A stretch of DNA of 64,000 nt, from the NCBI GenBank assembly GCA_017626395.1, contig JAGAIU010000015.1, positions 3,746 through 67,745 of the forward strand. The letters are read 5' to 3'. Made by a program: the position numbers and the translations under genes. The notes under the pieces are model-generated. The model had not been told where the DNA came from. It was given only the letters and a program-made list of their open reading frames with translations, and did no database searches. This document shows positions 1 through 9,816 of the stretch, one piece after another (positions within the stretch are counted from its first letter, which is position 1; every line of letters begins with the position of its first letter). This DNA is from Clostridia bacterium. Lineage in GTDB: Bacteria > Bacillota > Clostridia > TANB77 > CAG-465.

Positions 1-194
1 ATATAAAAGCACCAACACTTTTAATCTGGGGAGAGCTAGATCAAGATACACCACTAGCAGATGCACAAAAAATGGAGCAACTAATAGACAATGCAGGGCT
101 AGTAGTAATTAAAGGAGCAGGACATTTTAGTTTCTTAAACAACCTACCATATTTCTTAGTGGTAGTAAATAAATTTTTAGAAGGATGTGAGTAG
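1..194 (+). CDS. alpha/beta hydrolase fold protein, C-terminal fragment (5' end lies outside the window)
   Basis: Frame 3 translates as ...TLLIWGELDQDTPLADAQKMEQLIDNAGLVVIKGAGHFSF...GCE*, a typical alpha/beta-hydrolase C-terminus (acid-His region). Its stop at 192-194 abuts the ATG at 195. Confidence 0.45.
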   Translation, partial: IKAPTLLIWGELDQDTPLADAQKMEQLIDNAGLVVIKGAGHFSFLNNLPYFLVVVNKFLEGCE

Positions 195-1775
195 ATGAGT
201 TCAATATTAGTTATAGTAACCTTTATTATCTCAATCGTATTAATAGCTGTAAATATAAATAAGTTTATGCATATATTTCAACAGTCATTCTATCAGTTAG
301 ACGATTTTTTACCAGCTATTAAAACTACGAAAGTATATAAAATACAAGTATATGAGATTGTATTGTTAATACTTAGTATTTTATCTTTATGGAATATATA
401 CTCTCTAATACCATTTTCTTTTATAGCACTATATGCAGCATATAAAACTATAAATAATAGGCCAGTAGCTAAAAAGAAATTTGTATATACAACAAGAGTA
501 AAAATAACATATTGTGTAATAGCTGCACTAATTCTTGTAAGTTCAGCTTTAGTAATAGGATTTTCAAATGCTAAATATATAGCAGCAGTATTTTGTGCTA
601 TTTCGTTATACAAATTTGTAGCAATAGGACTTGTGTTACTTGGTAACCTAATTGCTAAGCCTTTACTTACTCTTTTAAATCAAAGGTATATTAAAGAGGC
701 AAAAGAGATTATAAATGCAAATAAAAATTTAAAGATAATAGGTATTACAGGAAGTTATGGGAAAACTTCTACTAAAAATATAGTTACAGCTTTGCTTGAA
801 GAAAAATATATAACTGTAATGACTCCTAAAAGTTATAACACAACACTTGGTGTTGTAAAGACAATTCGTGAACAAATTAAACCATATACAGAAGTATTTG
901 TTTGTGAAATGGGAGCATCGAGATTAAAAGATATAGAAGATATTTGTAAAGTAGTTAAACCAGATATATCTGTAATAACATCTATAGGTCCACAGCATTT
1001 AACTACATTTAAATCTATGGATAATATAGTAAAAGGAAAATATGAGATTATTACAGAAGCTAAAAAAGATGTTAAAGCTATTTTGAATGTAGATAATGAA
1101 TATATCAAAGAGGGCATAGAAAAATATGCTAAAGATATAGAAGTAATAGAGTATGCTATTAATGATAAAAATGTTAGATATACAGTAGAAAATATTACTA
1201 TGTCAGATAAAGGTAGCATTTTTGATATCGTAGATGGAGATAGCAAAATACAAGTTGAAACCAAGCTTCTTGGAAGACATAATATATATAATATTGTATG
1301 TGCTGTAGCAATAGCTAAAGAACTTGGAATGTCAAATGTAGAAATTAAAAAAGGTATAAAGAGAATTAAGCCGGTTGAACATAGATTAGAACTTAAGAAA
1401 ATGGGTGGAATACTTGCACTAGATGACTCGTTTAACTCAAATCCAGAAGGTTCAAAAATGGCAATAGAAACATTATGTATGTTCAAAGATAAGTATAAAG
1501 TGTTAGTAACGCCAGGTATGATAGAACTTGGGGAAAAGACAGATGAGTTAAATAAAAAACTTGGTGAATATGCAACAGCATTAGACTATGTTATCTTGGT
1601 TGGAAAAGTTACAACAGATAAGATAAAAGAAGGTATGGATGAAAAAAGGTTCAAAAACTATGTAGTTGTAGATGATTTATATGAAGCATTTAGAAAATTA
1701 GAAGAAATACAAATAAGTAATAAAAATCTACTTGCTTTATTTGAAAATGATTTACCAGATAGTTATATAAAATAA
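195..1775 (+). CDS. murF: Mur ligase family protein, MurF-like (UDP-MurNAc-tripeptide--D-Ala-D-Ala ligase), with an atypical ~170-aa polytopic membrane N-terminus
   Basis: GITGSYGKTSTKN P-loop at about residue 185. C-terminal LDDSFNSNPEGSKMAIETL and VLVTPGMIELGEKTDEL match MurF signature regions. The N-terminal 170 aa are hydrophobic helices in place of the usual soluble MurF domain 1. Start is translationally coupled to the upstream stop. Confidence 0.65.
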   Translation: MSSILVIVTFIISIVLIAVNINKFMHIFQQSFYQLDDFLPAIKTTKVYKIQVYEIVLLILSILSLWNIYSLIPFSFIALYAAYKTINNRPVAKKKFVYTTRVKITYCVIAALILVSSALVIGFSNAKYIAAVFCAISLYKFVAIGLVLLGNLIAKPLLTLLNQRYIKEAKEIINANKNLKIIGITGSYGKTSTKNIVTALLEEKYITVMTPKSYNTTLGVVKTIREQIKPYTEVFVCEMGASRLKDIEDICKVVKPDISVITSIGPQHLTTFKSMDNIVKGKYEIITEAKKDVKAILNVDNEYIKEGIEKYAKDIEVIEYAINDKNVRYTVENITMSDKGSIFDIVDGDSKIQVETKLLGRHNIYNIVCAVAIAKELGMSNVEIKKGIKRIKPVEHRLELKKMGGILALDDSFNSNPEGSKMAIETLCMFKDKYKVLVTPGMIELGEKTDELNKKLGEYATALDYVILVGKVTTDKIKEGMDEKRFKNYVVVDDLYEAFRKLEEIQISNKNLLALFENDLPDSYIK

Positions 1776-1792
1776 GAAAGGAAGTTTTTAAT

Positions 1793-2998
1793 ATGAAAAC
1801 AGTAATTGGAGTATTTTTTGGTGGGAAGAGTGTAGAACATGAAGTATCAATAATATCTGCACTACAAGTTATAGAAAATTTAGATTATGAAAAATATGAA
1901 GTAGTACCAGTATACATATCTAAAGATAATAGATTCTATACATCACAAATGTTAACAAAAATAGAAGAATTTAGAGATTTAGAAGAAGTAAAAAGATTAA
2001 GTAACGAAGTATATTTTACTCATGAAAATTCTAAATTATTAGTAAATTTAAAAAGAGGAATATTCAAGAAAACTATAGCTAAAATAGATATAGTATTTCC
2101 AGTAGTACACGGACTAAATGTAGAAGATGGTACATTAGAAGGATTTTTAGAAATGTATAATGTTCCATATGTAGGATGTGATGTTTGTGCATCTGCAGTT
2201 GGTATGAATAAAATAATATTTAAGAAAGTATTAGAAGCTTCTAAACTTCCAGTAGTTGAATATGAGACTTTAAATATTACAGAGTTTGAAGAAGATGCAG
2301 AAAAAGCATATGAAAAAATAACAAGAAAATTATCTTTACCAATAATAGTTAAACCTGCAAATCTTGGTTCTAGTGTTGGTATAGAAGTAGTAAAAGAAAA
2401 AGATGAGTTTGCAGAAAAACTACAAAATGTTTTCCAATTTTGCGATAGTGTTTTAATTGAAAGATGTGTTACAAATTTAAGAGAAATAAACTGTTCTGTA
2501 CTTGGTAACTATGCTGAACAAGAAGTTTCTGTTCTAGAAGAACCAATTAAAAATGATGAAATTTTAAGTTATAAAGATAAATATATGGGAGATGGTGCAA
2601 AAGGTGGAAAACTTGGAGCTAAAGGTGCAAAAACAGGTATGAAAATGGGAATGAAATCTTCAGGTATGGCATCACTTTCAAGAAAAATACCAGCAGATCT
2701 TACTAAATCTCAAGAAGATGAAATTTATACTTTAGCTAAAGAAACATTTAAAACATTAAACTGTGAAGGTATATCTAGAATAGACTTTATAATTGATGGA
2801 GATAATAACAAAATATATGTAAATGAAATTAATACAATACCAGGTTCTTTATCTTTCTATCTATGGCAACCTAAAAATGTAGCATTTAATGAGTTATTAG
2901 ATAAAGCTATTAGATATGCTATAAAAAGAAAAGAAAGAAGAGATAAAATAACTTACTCTACAGATGTTAATATTTTAAATATGACAGGTAAAAAGTAA
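1793..2998 (+). CDS. ddl: D-alanine--D-alanine ligase, with a ~35-aa Gly/Lys/Met-rich insertion in the omega-loop region
   Basis: N-terminus is VIGVFFGGKSVEHEVSIISA and the ATP-grasp core is recognisable. At 401 aa it is longer than the 300-360 aa typical of Ddl. RBS GGAAG lies upstream. Confidence 0.85.
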   Translation: MKTVIGVFFGGKSVEHEVSIISALQVIENLDYEKYEVVPVYISKDNRFYTSQMLTKIEEFRDLEEVKRLSNEVYFTHENSKLLVNLKRGIFKKTIAKIDIVFPVVHGLNVEDGTLEGFLEMYNVPYVGCDVCASAVGMNKIIFKKVLEASKLPVVEYETLNITEFEEDAEKAYEKITRKLSLPIIVKPANLGSSVGIEVVKEKDEFAEKLQNVFQFCDSVLIERCVTNLREINCSVLGNYAEQEVSVLEEPIKNDEILSYKDKYMGDGAKGGKLGAKGAKTGMKMGMKSSGMASLSRKIPADLTKSQEDEIYTLAKETFKTLNCEGISRIDFIIDGDNNKIYVNEINTIPGSLSFYLWQPKNVAFNELLDKAIRYAIKRKERRDKITYSTDVNILNMTGKK

Positions 2999-3083
2999 TA
3001 TTAAACTAAAAAGTAGCGAATAAAATTTGCTACTTTTTTATATTCAATATGATATAATTGTATTAGTTATAAGGAGAAATAAT

Positions 3084-3638
3084 ATGAAAAAAATAACATA
3101 CGTGACAGGTAACTGGGCTAAAATATTGAGTGCTAGACAAATATTAGAGCCTTTAGGATTCGAAGTAGAACAAATAAAAATGGATGTACCAGAATTACAA
3201 CATGATTCAATAGAAGAGGTTGCAAAATACTCTGCTAAATGGGCTAGTGATAATTTAAAATGTGCAGTATTAAAAAATGATAGTGGATTATGTATAGATG
3301 CGTTAAATGGATTTCCAGGACCATATACTCACTATGTAGACGATACATTAAAAGAAGATGGAATATTAAAATTAATGGCAGGGGTTGAAAATAGAAAAGC
3401 ACATTTTGTTGAAGTTTTGGCATATTGTGAATATGGGAAAGAACCTATAGTATTTACTTCAATAACTAACGGAACTATTGCATTAGAAAAATCTGGTACT
3501 TATGGATGGAGTTGGGATTTTATATTTATTCCAGAAGGTGAAACTAAAACACTAGGTAATTTTGATGACAATGTTAGATTTAAATATTGGAATATGGATG
3601 GATATAATAAATTAGCTAAATATTTAGAAAATAAGTAG
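3084..3638 (+). CDS. Ham1/RdgB-like non-canonical purine NTP pyrophosphatase (ITPase family)
   Basis: ITPase-like motifs KITYVTGNWAKI...SGLCIDALNGFPGPYT. Start chosen at ATG 3084, which follows the AAGGAGA RBS. The ORF track begins at 3027 but has no RBS there. Confidence 0.55.
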   Translation: MKKITYVTGNWAKILSARQILEPLGFEVEQIKMDVPELQHDSIEEVAKYSAKWASDNLKCAVLKNDSGLCIDALNGFPGPYTHYVDDTLKEDGILKLMAGVENRKAHFVEVLAYCEYGKEPIVFTSITNGTIALEKSGTYGWSWDFIFIPEGETKTLGNFDDNVRFKYWNMDGYNKLAKYLENK

Positions 3639-3935
3639 GTGAATTTTGTGGATAAAAAAGAACTTGAAAAATATGAAGTTTTTTATAAAGATACATTAAT
3701 TGGTATTTTAACAGTAGAAGTGATTAAAAATAAATATTGCTATGAACCTAATTTTGAAGGTGTAGAGAAAGTAAAGGATACAGCATGTCTAATCAGAGTA
3801 ATGATTGAAGGCTCAAATGGATTTATAGAACCAATACCTTTCTTTCAAAACAGATTAATGAATATGAAAAGAGCAGGACTACATCAAGTTAATTACCAAA
3901 CAGATTGGTTTTTAATAAGAGAAATAATGGAATAA
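3639..3935 (+). CDS. hypothetical protein (98 aa, GTG start)
   Basis: ORF abutting the upstream gene. An intrinsic terminator follows it. Confidence 0.35.
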   Translation: MNFVDKKELEKYEVFYKDTLIGILTVEVIKNKYCYEPNFEGVEKVKDTACLIRVMIEGSNGFIEPIPFFQNRLMNMKRAGLHQVNYQTDWFLIREIME

Positions 3936-3942
3936 AAAAATA

Positions 3943-3962
3943 GGCGGATTTCTCCGCCTTTA
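3943..3962 (+). terminator. rho-independent terminator
   Basis: Hairpin GGCGGA-TTTC-TCCGCC followed by TTTAT. Confidence 0.7.
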
Positions 3963-4120
3963 TGAAAAAATTTCCTTATATATAGGTCTATAAATCGCAA
4001 TTTCCTATATATACTTCTATTATAACATATGATATAATAAAAAGCAAAGCAAAATATATTTGCTTTGCTAAACATTAGCATAAATCTTGTGAAACAAGAG
4101 GGACATATAATAAAGCTGAG

Positions 4121-4321
4121 TTATGTATTAATATTTTCTTCTATACTTCTAATATGTTCATTTATAGCATCAATCATTAATCCTATTTTTCTAGAATCTT
4201 TAGAAATTTCAATTTTTAAAATTAAATGATTAATAATATCTAAATGATAAGAAATATTAGATAAATTTTCTGAACTAATGTATTGGGTAACATTAGTATC
4301 AGAAAATAAAAATCTGTTCAT
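4121..4321 (-). CDS. small protein (66 aa), weakly Spo0E-like (putative sporulation regulatory phosphatase family)
   Basis: Strong RBS GGAGGTGA 7 nt before the ATG on the minus strand. IDAINEH loosely resembles the Spo0E LDxLINEY motif. The assignment is weak. Confidence 0.3.
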   Translation of the reverse strand: MNRFLFSDTNVTQYISSENLSNISYHLDIINHLILKIEISKDSRKIGLMIDAINEHIRSIEENINT

Positions 4322-4387
4322 AATCTCACCTCCAATTTAGATGGAGATTTAATACTAATGTTACTTAATATATTATTTATACAAAAA

Positions 4388-4420
4388 TAAGGTATAATTA
4401 CGTTTTCAGTAATTATACCT
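4388..4420 (-). terminator. 13-bp perfect inverted repeat, candidate leader attenuator/terminator upstream of the 66-aa gene
   Basis: AAGGTATAATTAC-GTTTTCA-GTAATTATACCTT. On the minus strand it is followed by AUUUUUGU, about 65 nt upstream of the 4321 start. Confidence 0.4.
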
Positions 4421-4455
4421 TAAAATAAAGCTATATATTCATTAGGAGTTATATA

Positions 4456-4575
4456 TTGCTTTTTTGTAGTATTATGTGGTATAATATAAGTGTATATAGG
4501 GAATTGGGTTTTATAGACCTATATATAATAAAAATTTGTTCAGGGTGGAGTAATCCGCCTATTTTTTGTATATGA
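4456..4575 (+). ncRNA. candidate small RNA: promoter (TTGCTT-18-TGnTATAAT) followed about 60 nt later by an intrinsic terminator (GGUGGA-GUAA-UCCGCC+U7), with no ORF between them
   Basis: Extended -10 TGGTATAAT at 4474-4482. Terminator hairpin at 4546-4561 followed by TATTTTTTG. No RBS or start codon lies between them. Confidence 0.3.
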
Positions 4576-4681
4576 AAAATTTAAATACAAATACTAAATA
4601 TAAAAATAGTAAAAAATTGTAAACTTATTCACAAAAATTTCGTTTTATAGTATAATGGACGTATGTGATAGGGGTAATTTT

Positions 4682-6316
4682 ATGAAAGATAGAATAATTA
4701 GTATTATAAAATGCATTATACTACTTGTTGTAGTTGCAGCATTATTTATAACTACCAAAAATGGTATTGTAGGACAAGGTGTTACAAATAATAGCTCTAA
4801 ATTAGTAATATTTGGAGATAATATAGATAAAAAATATAGTCCTTTTGTTGAAGATGGAAAAGTATATATATCAGTAGATACAATTGAATGCTTTATTGAT
4901 GAAGATATTTTTTATGATGTACATAAACAAAAGATAATAATAACAAATGAAGAAGCAGTATATAAATTTAAAATTAATGATAATAAACCAACTAAAAATT
5001 TAGAATCTTACACAACAGAAACAACTGCTAAAGTTGTTAATGATGAACCATATATTGAAATGTCATTAATTAAAGATATATATAATATCAAAAGTGAATA
5101 TGATGAAGAAACAAATACAATTTCAATAGACAAGAAAGATTTTAGTGACTTACATTTAAATTATAACGATGTAAAAGTATATAGTGCTTTAAATACAAAT
5201 TCACAAGTACTTGAAACTTTAAATAAAAATAATACTGTAATTGTATATGTAGATAGTTTAAAACATAACAGATGGTATAAAATAAAAAGTGATAGTGGCA
5301 AAGTAGGATATATAGAAAAATCAGCTGTTACTTTAAGAAATGAAGTAGATAATGAAGAAGAAAATAACACTAATATTGCTCAAGAAAAACTAATAATGTT
5401 CTGGCAATATGGAAGTAACACAAATACACTTGGAGATAAAATTGAAGGTGTAAATGTAGTAATGCCAACATGGTTTTCTATTTCGGATTCACAAGGTGCA
5501 GTAGAGATAAATTACAACAGAGAATATTACCAAAAAGCTAAAGCAAATGGTTATGAACTTTGGCCAATTATAACTAATGGATTAGATAATCTAGAAATGG
5601 ATAAAAAAGCTGTAACTTCTGAAATTATGAATAATGAAGAAAGCAGAGAAAATCTAATTAGAAATATAGCTGGTCTTATTGAAGAATATAGATTAGATGG
5701 TATAAATATAGACTTTGAAGGAATGAAAGAAGAAGATAAATATTTATATACACAATTTTTAAGAGAATTATATCCAGTAGTAAAATCTAAAGGTGCTAAA
5801 TTATCTGTAGATATATATTTCACAAACTACATAGACAGAAAAGGTGTAGGTAAAGCTTGTGACTATGTAATGTTAATGGGATATGATCAAAGAGGTAACT
5901 GGTCAGACGAAGCGGGTTCGATAGCTGAAGTTTCTTGGGTAGAGAATAATATAAATTCTTTAATTGAAGATTCTAAAATAGATCCTTCAAAAATAATTCT
6001 TGGTGTACCTTTCTATACAAGACTATGGAATGTTAAATCTGATGGAACTTTTACAACAAATGTATATAGTATGAAAAATTCACAAGATTTTGTATCTAAA
6101 TATGGTTTAACACCAGTTCTAGATGAAATATCTGGTCAAAACTATGTAGAAATGACATCAGGAAACACAACATATAAATTATGGATTGAAGATGCAACTT
6201 CAATTTCTAATAGAGCGGATATAGTAACAAAATATAATCTTGCTGGAATAACAGCTTGGCAAAAAGGATTTGAAACAGAAGACATTTGGCAAGTTTTAAA
6301 AGAAAAATTAAAATAA
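4682..6316 (+). CDS. secreted/membrane-anchored glycoside hydrolase family 18 protein (YaaH/SleL-like, possible spore peptidoglycan hydrolase) with an SH3-like domain
   Basis: GH18 motifs DGINIDFEGM (DxxDxDxE region), MLMGYDQ and GVPFYTRLW. N-terminal signal/TM anchor and a central SH3b-like segment. Start set at ATG 4682 after the AGGGG RBS; the ORF track gives 4655. Confidence 0.75.
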   Translation: MKDRIISIIKCIILLVVVAALFITTKNGIVGQGVTNNSSKLVIFGDNIDKKYSPFVEDGKVYISVDTIECFIDEDIFYDVHKQKIIITNEEAVYKFKINDNKPTKNLESYTTETTAKVVNDEPYIEMSLIKDIYNIKSEYDEETNTISIDKKDFSDLHLNYNDVKVYSALNTNSQVLETLNKNNTVIVYVDSLKHNRWYKIKSDSGKVGYIEKSAVTLRNEVDNEEENNTNIAQEKLIMFWQYGSNTNTLGDKIEGVNVVMPTWFSISDSQGAVEINYNREYYQKAKANGYELWPIITNGLDNLEMDKKAVTSEIMNNEESRENLIRNIAGLIEEYRLDGINIDFEGMKEEDKYLYTQFLRELYPVVKSKGAKLSVDIYFTNYIDRKGVGKACDYVMLMGYDQRGNWSDEAGSIAEVSWVENNINSLIEDSKIDPSKIILGVPFYTRLWNVKSDGTFTTNVYSMKNSQDFVSKYGLTPVLDEISGQNYVEMTSGNTTYKLWIEDATSISNRADIVTKYNLAGITAWQKGFETEDIWQVLKEKLK

Positions 6317-6467
6317 TTGTAGAAAAATATAAAAATATCTCAAGAGTATAAATCTTGGGGTATTTTTTTTACATAAAAAACTTCACAAATTGGCAAAAGT
6401 ATAGTATAATATAATCTATGGATAATCGTATGGTTGGTACGAAAATTGAGAATTAGGAGATGTAAAA

Positions 6468-9400
6468 ATGTTAATTAATGCAAGTGAAATAAATAGTATC
6501 TTATCTGAAGCAGGTACTGAAGTTACTAATAGAGGCAAAAAGTATTTTGAACAGAATAGAGTAAAAGTTGCAGATTTTAATTTTGTGTCAGAAAATAACT
6601 ATGTAGCAAAAGCATATGTAGAAGGTACATATATTTATGAAACAGAAATTAGAAAAACAAATGGAGTATTATCATATAAATGTGAATGCCCATCTTCTTC
6701 TAAAAAAGATACACCTTGTAAACACGTGGTTGCAATGATTTTTGATATGTACATTAATGAATCATCATATATAAACTACGTTAAAAAGAGTGAATCGGCA
6801 GATATAGATGATGATGTAGTAGAGAATAAGTCATATAAAGATAAAATAAATGAGCAAAGAGAAAACAATGGACTTATGATTTATTATGAAAATCTTGAGT
6901 TAAATAGAAATATAGATAAAGAAAGTGTAAGAATAGAAGCTAATCTTCATCTAGTTAATGATATGAAAAAAGACTTAGAAGTATCTTTTAAAATGGGAAA
7001 AGATAGAATGTATATTTTAAGGGATGTATATAAGTTTAGTGAAGATATTCAAAAAGGTGCAGTAAACAAGTACGGTAAAGAATTAGAGTTTAAACATGCC
7101 ATAGAATCATTTGAAAAATCTTCACAACCACTTGCAAAACTTATTGTATCAAAAGCATTAGAATATAATGAATTCTCAAAACTTGGTACATACCATTTTA
7201 CATTAAATAAAAGATTTAAAACTAACTTTAAATTAAAATATTCAGTTTTAGATGAGTTATTTGATATTTTAAAAGGACAAAAATTAACAATAGAAGACTA
7301 TGATTATGAAAAGGCATATGGAGTAGTTACTTTAGAAGAAAGCGATCCTTCTTTTGATATTGAAATAGTTGACACGGAGGATAAAGGATTATATGTAATT
7401 AGCAATAGTGATAAATACTATGTATTTGAAGGACAAGATTACTCATATGTATTATATAAAGAAAAATTACATAGATGTAGTAACGATTTTAAAACAAAAG
7501 TATTACCATTACTTGAAAAATTATCTGAAGATCCAGAAGGTAGAATAACTATATCTAAAAATAGTGCAACAAGTTTTTGTGAATATGTAATTCCTGCTTT
7601 AAAAGATAGCACAAATATGATTATTGAAGAAGGAATTCTTGAAAAATATAGAGCAGAAAAACTAGGAACAAAAATATTCTTAGATATAGATGGAAAAGGA
7701 AATATAATAGCAGAAGTTAAATTCTGTTATGGTGACGATGAGTTCAATCCTTTCGATAAAGATTTAGAAATAACTTGCAACAGGAATATAATTGAAGAAG
7801 CAAGAGCTAAAGAGCTATTTAAAATGTATAACTTTGTTATTAACTTTAAAAAACATATAATTTATCTATCTAATGAGGACGATATTTATACTTTTTTAAC
7901 AGAAGGTATAGATAAGTTTATGGAGAAATTTGAAGTATTAGTAACAGATAAATTAAAAAATAGACAGATAATTAACCAAAAAACTTTCAATATGGGAGTA
8001 AGAATAGAAAATAATTTCTTAGAAATAGACTTTAACGAGCTAGGACTTGATGAAAGTGAGCTTAAAGATATCTTTAAAAGATATAAACTAAGAAAGAAAT
8101 ATTACAGATTAAAAAATGGAAGCTTTATCAATATAGATTCAGATGGAATTGGAACACTTGTAAATCTTGCTAAAACATTAAATATAACAGAAAAAGATAT
8201 AGTAGCAGGTAGTGTAGAAATTCCAAAATATAGAGCATTATATATAGATAATTTAGCTAAAAATACAAATTCAGATATAGCTATTAATTTAGATAATGAC
8301 TTTAAAGAAATTGTAAGAAGTATAAAAGATATAGAAGATGTAAAATTTGAAGAACCAGAAGAATTGAAAGGTGTTTTAAGAAGCTATCAAAAAACAGGAT
8401 TTAACTGGTTAAAGACTTTAGAAAAATATGGATTTGGTGGAATACTTGCCGATGATATGGGTCTTGGTAAAACAATTCAAATTATTGCATTATTATTAGA
8501 TGAGAAAAACAGAACTGGAAAAACATCAATTGTTGTATGTCCAAGTTCATTATATATCAACTGGGAAAAAGAAATAAAAAGATTCTCAAGTAATATTAAA
8601 ACATTAATAGTATCAGGTAATGCTGAGCAAAGAGAAAATCTAATAGAAACAATAGGAGATTATGATGTAGTTATAACTTCATATGATCTTTTAAAAAGAG
8701 ATATAGAAAAATATGAAGACTTTAAGTTTAAATATGTTATAGCAGATGAAGCACAATATATTAAAAACAATAACACTAAAAATGCTAAAGCTTTAAAAGA
8801 CTTAAAGAGTGAAGTAAGATTTGCACTTACAGGTACACCTATTGAAAATTCACTTGCAGAACTTTGGTCAATTTTTGATTTCATTATGCCAGGATATTTA
8901 TATACATATAAAAAGTTTAAAGATGAGTTTGAGACATTAATAATAAAAGAAAATGATAACTTAGTAATGGAAAAACTACAAAGATTAGTTGCACCATTTG
9001 TACTAAGACGTATCAAGAAAGATGTTCTAAAAGAACTTCCAGATAAAACTGAACAAATAATGTACAGTAAAATGGATGAAGAACAACAAAAATTGTATAA
9101 CTCATACTTAGCACTTGCTAAAGTTAAAATGAGACAAGAAATTGAGTCAAACGGATTTGAGAAAAGTAAATTTAAAATCTTATCTCTTATTACTAGACTT
9201 AGACAAATATGTTGTCATCCGCAACTATTCTTAGAAGACTATAGCGGAGAAAGTTCTAAATTAAATCAATGTTTAGAAATAATAGAAGGAGCTATAGCTG
9301 CTAAGCATAAAATACTATTATTCTCTGGATTTACTTCTATGTTTGATATATTAACACCAGAACTTGAAAAAAGAGGAATTGAATATTCAATTTTAACTGG

Positions 9401-9764
9401 TCAAACTAAAGTGGATACAAGAATAGAAATGGTAGATGAATTTAATAAAGATGACAATATAAAAGTATTCTTAATCTCACTTAAAGCTGGTGGTACAGGT
9501 CTTAACCTTACTGGAGCAGATATGGTTATTCACTATGATCCATGGTGGAATTTATCTGCACAAAACCAAGCAACAGATAGAGCCTATAGAATAGGACAAA
9601 GAAATAATGTTCAAGTATTTAAACTAATAAGTGAAAATAGTATTGAAGAAAAAATCCAAAAATTACAAGATAAGAAAATCGATTTAACAGAATCAGTAAT
9701 AAAAACAGGTGAGACTTTCATATCTCATATGACAAAAGAAGAATTATTAGGATTATTTGAATAA
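6468..9764 (+). CDS. SNF2-family DEAD/DEAH helicase with N-terminal SWIM zinc finger (RapA/YwqA-like)
   Basis: SWIM CxC...CxH motif (YKCECP...CKHVVAM). Walker A DDMGLGKT, DEAQ box (VIADEAQYIKN), LTGTPIEN, and a helicase-C region (QATDRAYRIGQ). Confidence 0.85.
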   Translation: MLINASEINSILSEAGTEVTNRGKKYFEQNRVKVADFNFVSENNYVAKAYVEGTYIYETEIRKTNGVLSYKCECPSSSKKDTPCKHVVAMIFDMYINESSYINYVKKSESADIDDDVVENKSYKDKINEQRENNGLMIYYENLELNRNIDKESVRIEANLHLVNDMKKDLEVSFKMGKDRMYILRDVYKFSEDIQKGAVNKYGKELEFKHAIESFEKSSQPLAKLIVSKALEYNEFSKLGTYHFTLNKRFKTNFKLKYSVLDELFDILKGQKLTIEDYDYEKAYGVVTLEESDPSFDIEIVDTEDKGLYVISNSDKYYVFEGQDYSYVLYKEKLHRCSNDFKTKVLPLLEKLSEDPEGRITISKNSATSFCEYVIPALKDSTNMIIEEGILEKYRAEKLGTKIFLDIDGKGNIIAEVKFCYGDDEFNPFDKDLEITCNRNIIEEARAKELFKMYNFVINFKKHIIYLSNEDDIYTFLTEGIDKFMEKFEVLVTDKLKNRQIINQKTFNMGVRIENNFLEIDFNELGLDESELKDIFKRYKLRKKYYRLKNGSFINIDSDGIGTLVNLAKTLNITEKDIVAGSVEIPKYRALYIDNLAKNTNSDIAINLDNDFKEIVRSIKDIEDVKFEEPEELKGVLRSYQKTGFNWLKTLEKYGFGGILADDMGLGKTIQIIALLLDEKNRTGKTSIVVCPSSLYINWEKEIKRFSSNIKTLIVSGNAEQRENLIETIGDYDVVITSYDLLKRDIEKYEDFKFKYVIADEAQYIKNNNTKNAKALKDLKSEVRFALTGTPIENSLAELWSIFDFIMPGYLYTYKKFKDEFETLIIKENDNLVMEKLQRLVAPFVLRRIKKDVLKELPDKTEQIMYSKMDEEQQKLYNSYLALAKVKMRQEIESNGFEKSKFKILSLITRLRQICCHPQLFLEDYSGESSKLNQCLEIIEGAIAAKHKILLFSGFTSMFDILTPELEKRGIEYSILTGQTKVDTRIEMVDEFNKDDNIKVFLISLKAGGTGLNLTGADMVIHYDPWWNLSAQNQATDRAYRIGQRNNVQVFKLISENSIEEKIQKLQDKKIDLTESVIKTGETFISHMTKEELLGLFE

Positions 9765-9773
9765 TAAATGCAT

Positions 9774-9799
9774 AAAGGTGCACATTTTAGTGCACCTTT
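9774..9799. terminator. bidirectional intrinsic terminator between convergent genes
   Basis: AAAGGTGCAC-ATTTTA-GTGCACCTTT flanked by A- and T-runs. Confidence 0.7.
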
Positions 9800-9816
9800 G
9801 ATTTTTATAATACAAA

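Noticed and set aside
293-1486. Antisense ORFs 293-613(-) and 833-1486(-) inside the murF-like gene. Similar shadow ORFs occur at 13043-13573(-), 13627-14202(-), 33875-34243(-), 40763-41245(-), 53835-54497(-) and elsewhere.
   Set aside because: They are fully embedded in strongly supported CDSs on the opposite strand. They have low-complexity, hydrophobic translations typical of AT-rich antisense frames, and no RBS.
2590-2700. The Ddl insertion as a sequencing or assembly artefact.
   Set aside because: The insertion is in frame and non-repetitive at the nucleotide level, and both flanks keep the reading frame with conserved Ddl motifs. It is treated as real.
3027-3083. The longer 5' extension of the Ham1-like ORF (ORF-track start at 3027).
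   Set aside because: The extension overlaps the terminator-like hairpin of ddl (3009-3036, AGTAGCGAATAAAATTTGCTACTTTTTT) and lacks an RBS. ATG 3084 has an AAGGAGA RBS.
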